Source: a bacterium (GTDB lineage Bacteria; Patescibacteriota; Saccharimonadia; Saccharimonadales; AWTP1-31). From it: a stretch of DNA of 64,000 nt. Below the pieces are notes generated by a model. It had not been told where the DNA came from. It did not search any database and saw nothing but the letters and a program-made list of their open reading frames with translations. This document shows, one piece after another, positions 58,603-64,000 of this stretch (position 1 is the stretch's first letter; every line of letters starts with the position of its first letter). A program made the translations under genes and the position numbers. The stretch is taken from contig JAUHZB010000004.1 in assembly GCA_030426125.1 (NCBI GenBank), positions 9,253 to 73,252 on the forward strand. Reading direction: 5' to 3'.

Positions 58603-59289
58603 ATGGATAGACTAAGTGACAGAGCAATTATTTTATCTCGTACCAATTATCGTGAGGCTGATCGTATTTTAACGGTTATTACAAAAGAGGGAGAGAAGCT
58701 GACTATTATTGCTAAAGGGGTGCGTAAGCTAAAAAGCAAGTTAGCCGGCGGTATAGAGTTGTTCTCGGAATCGGAGCTTGGCTACCTTAAGGGTCGTGGC
58801 CAGATGGTTACTCTGCTTTCGGCCAGGACGATAAAGCAATATAAAGAGATAGTGAAAGATATAAATCGAACGATGTTCGGCTATGAGGTCTTGAAGCTAG
58901 TTAACAGGGTTACCGAAGATCACTCCATAGGTGAATATTACGATCTTATGTCTAGTGCATTGGCTGGCCTAGATGATATAGCGCTTGATCTGAATCTAGT
59001 CAAAAGCTGGACCTATTATAAGTTACTGGTCCTTTACGGCCATCAGCCCAATATCTACCGAGATAGTAGTGGGGCAAAGCTCAGCGAAGGCTTGAATTAT
59101 GACTTTGATATTTCTAGTATGTCATTAGTTGAGGCTGACAAAGGTGTATATGACTCCAAGTTTATTAAACTACTTAGATTTATTGATAGAGTAGAAGATA
59201 GTACAAAACTAAAAGCCCTTAGTGGGGTGCAGGCGGAGTCACTCCTAGCAGCGCAGTTACTACATAAAATGATAAAATTCAATCTATAG
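58603..59289 (+). CDS. recO: DNA repair protein RecO
   Basis: AIILSR.NYREADRIL, AKGVRK.KSKL. Confidence 0.93.
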   Translation: MDRLSDRAIILSRTNYREADRILTVITKEGEKLTIIAKGVRKLKSKLAGGIELFSESELGYLKGRGQMVTLLSARTIKQYKEIVKDINRTMFGYEVLKLVNRVTEDHSIGEYYDLMSSALAGLDDIALDLNLVKSWTYYKLLVLYGHQPNIYRDSSGAKLSEGLNYDFDISSMSLVEADKGVYDSKFIKLLRFIDRVEDSTKLKALSGVQAESLLAAQLLHKMIKFNL

Positions 59290-59314
59290 CTTCAGAGGTG
59301 TTATAATTAGGCAT

Positions 59315-60646
59315 ATGAGTACAGTAAAATTAGAAGAAATCGTTAGCCTGGCTAAACGAAGAGGTTTTGTTTTTCAAGCTTCAGAGATTTATGGTGGATT
59401 AGCTGGTTTTTGGGATTATGGCCCTTTGGGCGTAGAGTTAGCCAACAGAATAAAGGCTGAATGGTGGTCGGCAATGGTCACTGATAAGGACAATGTATTT
59501 GGTATTGATGGGGCAATAATTCAAAACCCTAATTTATGGAAAGCAAGTGGTCATGTTGCTGGATTTACCGATCCGCTAGTGGATTGCACGAACTGCGGCG
59601 CAAGGCACCGGGCTGATCATTTAGCTGACACCGATTCAACTGATCTAGAAGAGTTAACAGAACTACTCAAGGGCAAGTCTTGTCCAAAATGCGGTAAACA
59701 GAGTCTAACGAAGCCAAGAACCTACAACATGATGATGAAGACTTGGGTTGGTCCTATCGAAGATGCTTCATCGGTAGCATATCTAAGGCCAGAGACTGCT
59801 GGTTCAATTTTTATCAATTACGAGAATGTGCGAGAAACGATGCGGGCTAAGTTACCATTTGGTATTGCTCAGATAGGAAAAGCTTTTCGGAATGAGATTT
59901 CACCGCGTGATTTTATTTTTAGAGCTCGTGAATTTGAGCAAATGGAGATGCAGTACTTTATCAATCCAGATGATCAAGAAAAGAGCTATCAAGATTGGCG
60001 TGATTTTGCCTGGAAATTCCTAACTGCTAGCTTAGGCATTAAAGCTGATAGCTTGGAATGGCATCAACATGCTGAAAATGAGAGAGCCCATTATGCAGCC
60101 AATGCTCATGATATATACTTTAAATTCCCATTCGGATCGAAGGAATTATGGGGTACACATAACCGAACTGATTTTGACCTGTCAAACCACTCAAAAGAAA
60201 GCAAGAAAGACCTCAGTTATTTCGACGAGCAAACAAAAAGCAGATTTATTCCTTACGTTATTGAATCTTCGGTTGGATTGGATAGGATGTTCCTAGCTGT
60301 CCTGACTGATGCTTATCATGAGGAGGAAATAAATGGCGAGAAGCGGGTTGTTTTGAAACTAAAACCAGAACTTGCGCCATATCGCTTTGCGGTTAGCCCA
60401 CTGCTGAAAAATAAAGCAGAATTAGTTGAAAAAGCTTCAGAGTTATTTAAAGCACTAAAGAAAAAACACGGTAATGTAATCTGGGATGATAACGGCAACA
60501 TCGGTAAACGTTATCGTCGTCAGGATGAAATAGGCACACCGAACTGTATTACCGTAGATTTCCAGAGCTTAGAAGATGACACCGTTACCATAAGAGATCG
60601 TGATACCACTGAGCAGAAAAGAATTTCAATAAGTGAGTTAATATAA
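59315..60646 (+). CDS. glyQS: Glycyl-tRNA synthetase, homodimeric (alpha2) type
   Basis: KRRGF, YLRPETA, FRNEI, REFEQME, IGKRYRRQDEIGTP. Confidence 0.97.
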   Translation: MSTVKLEEIVSLAKRRGFVFQASEIYGGLAGFWDYGPLGVELANRIKAEWWSAMVTDKDNVFGIDGAIIQNPNLWKASGHVAGFTDPLVDCTNCGARHRADHLADTDSTDLEELTELLKGKSCPKCGKQSLTKPRTYNMMMKTWVGPIEDASSVAYLRPETAGSIFINYENVRETMRAKLPFGIAQIGKAFRNEISPRDFIFRAREFEQMEMQYFINPDDQEKSYQDWRDFAWKFLTASLGIKADSLEWHQHAENERAHYAANAHDIYFKFPFGSKELWGTHNRTDFDLSNHSKESKKDLSYFDEQTKSRFIPYVIESSVGLDRMFLAVLTDAYHEEEINGEKRVVLKLKPELAPYRFAVSPLLKNKAELVEKASELFKALKKKHGNVIWDDNGNIGKRYRRQDEIGTPNCITVDFQSLEDDTVTIRDRDTTEQKRISISELI

Positions 60647-61216
60647 ATGGTTCAGTTTAGCAAAAAGGGCAATTACGCATTTATAGATAACCAAAATCTA
60701 AACTTGGGTATCCAGAAATTGGGCTGGAAGATGGACTGGCGAAAATTTCGCCGGTACTTAAAAGATAATTTTAATGTTTCCGAGGCTTTTATGTTTATCG
60801 GTCATATGCCAGAACATGAAGAAATGTATTTACAGCTTCATGATGCTGGATATCTAATCGTATTAAAACCAACTTTTGATATGAGTGACCCAAAAAACAT
60901 TAGTCTGTCTACCGGCTCCTCGAGTGACGATAAGAATGACGACAAGAAACCTATTAAAGGAAATGTTGATGCAGAGTTGGTGTTGTGGGCTGTTAAAGAA
61001 ATGAAGAATTACGATAAGGCTGTAATTGTCAGCGGTGATGGGGATTTCTATAGCCTAGTAGAATATCTAGAACAGCAGAATAAGCTCCTTAATATTCTGG
61101 CACCAAACAGTCATTATTCAAGGCTATACAACAAGTACGACAGTTTTGTAGAACGAATCGATAAACAGCGAAAAATTCTAGCTTACCGAAAATCACGAAA
61201 TAAAAAGCCTCAGTAG
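60647..61216 (+). CDS. NYN domain (LabA/DUF88, PIN-like) protein
   Basis: FIDNQNL, KGNVD.EL, SGDGDF. Confidence 0.9.
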   Translation: MVQFSKKGNYAFIDNQNLNLGIQKLGWKMDWRKFRRYLKDNFNVSEAFMFIGHMPEHEEMYLQLHDAGYLIVLKPTFDMSDPKNISLSTGSSSDDKNDDKKPIKGNVDAELVLWAVKEMKNYDKAVIVSGDGDFYSLVEYLEQQNKLLNILAPNSHYSRLYNKYDSFVERIDKQRKILAYRKSRNKKPQ

Positions 61217-61221
61217 TTGTC

Positions 61222-61653
61222 ATGAAATTACAGTTTAGCCCCCAGCTAACACCAAAAGAGATGTTAGATCTAGGAGTGTTTGGCGGAAATTATTTTCCTC
61301 ATATACCAGAAGAATTTCCAGCAGAATGGTTTAGTAACGCTCGGCTAAGTAGTGATGGTAAAGCGCACAGTGAACTCAATTTCTTCGAGGTGGTGGCCAG
61401 TCAACCGCGGAGTGTCTGGCTGGCCAAAGGCTGGATTGATGAAGTTGACCCTTTAGGATGGTTCCAGTGGTACTGTCGTTACTTTCAGGGTAGGCGAATT
61501 CCAGAGATAGATAATAAACAGATTAAACGTTGGAAGGCGATGCGCCGGCATATTGCTCAGATTACAAAAAACTGCCAGAAGCAAGATTTAACATGTCGTC
61601 GACGACAAAGACAGGCGTTACTTCATTGGGCCTATGACAGCCGCAAGATATAG
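61222..61653 (+). CDS. Conserved hypothetical protein (Trp/Arg-rich)
   Basis: LTPKEML.LGVFGG.Y, DP.GWFQWYCRY..GRR, QIKRW, RQALLHWAYD. Confidence 0.8.
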   Translation: MKLQFSPQLTPKEMLDLGVFGGNYFPHIPEEFPAEWFSNARLSSDGKAHSELNFFEVVASQPRSVWLAKGWIDEVDPLGWFQWYCRYFQGRRIPEIDNKQIKRWKAMRRHIAQITKNCQKQDLTCRRRQRQALLHWAYDSRKI

Positions 61654-61711
61654 CAATCTTGATATATACTCAGTCTAGGAGCATAATATTAGGCATAAAT
61701 AAGGAGGGAAT

Positions 61712-62131
61712 ATGGAAGTAGAAGTTAATTGGTTGGCAGTAGTTTTAGCTACCCTTAGTAGTATGGTGGTTGGCGCCGTTTGGTACACACCTCAGTTGTT
61801 TGGTAAAAGCTGGATGAAGCTTACCAAGGTAGATCCTAGTAAAACACCAACTAATCCTGGCAAGATCTATGGATTAACTCTACTAGCTAGTTTGTTAACT
61901 GCTTTTGTGTTGGCTCATATGTCATATATGGCGTCGCAATTCTTTGATACTTCTTTTCTATCGACTGCTGTGACTACCGCTTTTTGGCTTTGGTTGGGAT
62001 TCACAGTTAGTAGATTGTTAGTTCACGATCTATTCGAAAATCGACCGATTAAACTAACTGTTCTAAATGCTGGACACGAATTAGCTACGGTGATGGTTAT
62101 GGCCTTAATCATCGGTGGCATGGGTGTATAG
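61712..62131 (+). CDS. DUF1761 family membrane protein
   Basis: NWLAV..A......GA.WY.P.LFGK.W; 4 TM; GGAGG RBS. Confidence 0.88.
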   Translation: MEVEVNWLAVVLATLSSMVVGAVWYTPQLFGKSWMKLTKVDPSKTPTNPGKIYGLTLLASLLTAFVLAHMSYMASQFFDTSFLSTAVTTAFWLWLGFTVSRLLVHDLFENRPIKLTVLNAGHELATVMVMALIIGGMGV

Positions 62132-62854
62132 ATGGCCGGTCAATTCGACAATTTGAATGCCTTATTCATAAATACTACGCTCAAAAAATCGCCACAGGAA
62201 AGTCATACTGACCTGTTGATCGAGATAAGCAGACAGTTGATGCATAAAAACGGGGTCAAAACAGATTTAATTCGCTCCATAGATAAAGATATCGCAAGTG
62301 GTGTATATCCAGACATGAGAGAACATGGCTGGGACTCCGACCAGTGGCCTGAAATATACAAAAAAGTTCAACAAGCAGATATTTTGGTGCTAGCTGGACC
62401 AATCTGGCTGGGCGATAACAGTAGCGAGATGAAAAAAGTGATAGAACGGCTGTATGCTAACTCTGGTGAGCTTAATAGCAAAGGTCAGTATGCATATTAC
62501 GGTAAAGTCGGCGGTTGCCTAATTACTGGTAATGAAGATGGCGTTAAACACTGTGCTATGAATGTACTATACAGTTTAGGGCACATTGGCTATACCATCC
62601 CACCTCAGGCCGATGCTGGCTGGATAGGTGAAGCTGGTCCGGGTCCGAGTTACGGAGATGAAACTGAAGATGGACAGAGCCGGGCTGGTATAGATAACGA
62701 CTTTACTAACCGAAATACTACATTCATGACCTATAACCTAATGCATCTAGCACAAATGATAAAAGATGCAGGCGGTATCCCGGCTGAAGGCAATCAGCGA
62801 ACAGAGTGGGATAATGGAAATAAGTTTGGATTTGAAAACCCTGAATACCGGTGA
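62132..62854 (+). CDS. Flavodoxin-fold protein (NADPH-dependent FMN reductase / WrbA-like)
   Basis: NTTLKKSP..SHT, ADILVLAGPIWLG, ITGNEDG, PPQADAGW. Confidence 0.88.
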   Translation: MAGQFDNLNALFINTTLKKSPQESHTDLLIEISRQLMHKNGVKTDLIRSIDKDIASGVYPDMREHGWDSDQWPEIYKKVQQADILVLAGPIWLGDNSSEMKKVIERLYANSGELNSKGQYAYYGKVGGCLITGNEDGVKHCAMNVLYSLGHIGYTIPPQADAGWIGEAGPGPSYGDETEDGQSRAGIDNDFTNRNTTFMTYNLMHLAQMIKDAGGIPAEGNQRTEWDNGNKFGFENPEYR

Positions 62855-62870
62855 TGTATAATTAGCTGTA

Positions 62871-64000
62871 ATGACCAAAAATATATTTCCAGATAATTTC
62901 TTTTGGGGGGCTAGTACGGCTAGCCATCAAGTAGAAGGTAAAACCGAGAATCAGTGGTCAGTTTGGGAGCTTGAAAATGCAAATTACTTTGCCAAGCATG
63001 CAAAATCTAGACTAAAGGATCTAGATAACTGGAAAGAAATTGAGCATCAAGCCAGCAATCCATCAAACTATGTCTCTGGAAGGGGAGTAGACCATTATAG
63101 TCTGTATCAGCAAGATTTTGATATTGCCAAAAAACTTAATCTTACTGCCTTTAGATTCGGCATAGAATGGTCAAGGATTGAACCGGAAGAAGGAGTTTGG
63201 GATAAGGTCGAGATTGACCATTATAGGAGATATATTGCTGAACTAAAGAAACGGAATTTAGAGCCGTTTTTAAACATCTGGCACTGGACCATGCCAACCT
63301 GGTTTACTAATAAAGGTGGTTTTGAGAAGTTTTCTAACCTTAAATACTGGAATCGTTTTGTTGAGAAGGTGATCGGCGAACTGGGCGCCGACGTTAAGTA
63401 TGTAATCACCATAAATGAACCAAATGTTTACTCAGCTTTTAGCTATATGCTAGGGGAGTGGCCCCCGGAAACGAAGAATCCTTTTATCTGTTCCAAGGTT
63501 TATTACAACCTACTTAGGGCCCATAAGAGCGCTTATAGGATTATTAAACGAAAAAAACCCTCAATACAAATAGGGGTGGCAGCTCAGCTAGCAAATCTGC
63601 AGGCAAAAAGACCCAGGAATCTGATCGATGTAGTAACCACTCAGATCATGCGTTATCTATGGAATTGGTGGTTTTTGAATCGTATTCGAAAGTATCAAGA
63701 TTTTGTAGGATTTAATTATTATTTTACGGATTACTATCGCAACTTTAAAAAAGTGAATCCCAAAGCTCCACTGAGTGATTTAGGCTGGTATATGGAGCCA
63801 GAAGGACTGCATCCTTTATTAACCAGAGTATGGGCCCATTACAAGAAACCAATCATTGTCACTGAAAATGGATTAGCTGACAGCAAAGACGTAAATAGGC
63901 AATGGTGGATAGAGGAGACTATTGTGGCAATGGAGAGGGCTATATCGGAGGGAGTTGATCTTCGGGGGTATTTCCACTGGAGCCTGCTGGATAATTTTGA
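62871..64000 (+). CDS. Glycoside hydrolase family 1 (beta-glucosidase-like), 3' truncated by window
   Basis: Missing from the ORF track; reads MTKNIFPDNFFWGASTASHQVEG, FRFGIEWSRIEP, TINEP (acid/base), VTENG (nucleophile), WSLLDNF. Confidence 0.95.
   Translation, partial: MTKNIFPDNFFWGASTASHQVEGKTENQWSVWELENANYFAKHAKSRLKDLDNWKEIEHQASNPSNYVSGRGVDHYSLYQQDFDIAKKLNLTAFRFGIEWSRIEPEEGVWDKVEIDHYRRYIAELKKRNLEPFLNIWHWTMPTWFTNKGGFEKFSNLKYWNRFVEKVIGELGADVKYVITINEPNVYSAFSYMLGEWPPETKNPFICSKVYYNLLRAHKSAYRIIKRKKPSIQIGVAAQLANLQAKRPRNLIDVVTTQIMRYLWNWWFLNRIRKYQDFVGFNYYFTDYYRNFKKVNPKAPLSDLGWYMEPEGLHPLLTRVWAHYKKPIIVTENGLADSKDVNRQWWIEETIVAMERAISEGVDLRGYFHWSLLDNF

Noticed and set aside
1..64000. Alternative genetic code (UGA = Gly), inteins, tRNA/rRNA genes, transposases or prophage
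   Set aside because: TGA terminates full-length def and rseP; NrdJ and SecA have ordinary lengths; intergenic gaps are short and I recognised no such elements by eye

Overview
A 64-kb housekeeping-rich window from a small-genome bacterium, most likely a Patescibacteria/CPR Saccharibacterium (TM7). This is inferred from a DUF5663-like gene, a Trm11-like methylase, a sortase, gaps in conserved clusters (no pyrH, cdsA or dxr in rpsB-tsf-frr-uppS-rseP-proS) and TGA used as stop. Most genes are on the + strand and cover translation, cell division, secretion and DNA metabolism. I saw no rRNA, tRNA, CRISPR array or mobile element. The most notable signals are: (1) an Actinobacteria-style ultrashort-Stem-I ileS T-box riboswitch whose apparent expression platform is a terminator formed by Stem III strand exchange around an intact antiterminator; (2) a candidate proline-sensing leader-peptide attenuator upstream of an orphan gene and proS; (3) an intact heliorhodopsin beside a sortase, DUF427 and a frameshifted msrA; (4) a degenerate two-component pair (pseudokinase plus Asp-to-Glu receiver) coupled to recO; (5) many apparently leaderless genes; (6) an nrdR-nrdJ B12-dependent ribonucleotide reductase operon with NrdR boxes. 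All calls come from motif recognition by eye; no searches or folding programs were run.
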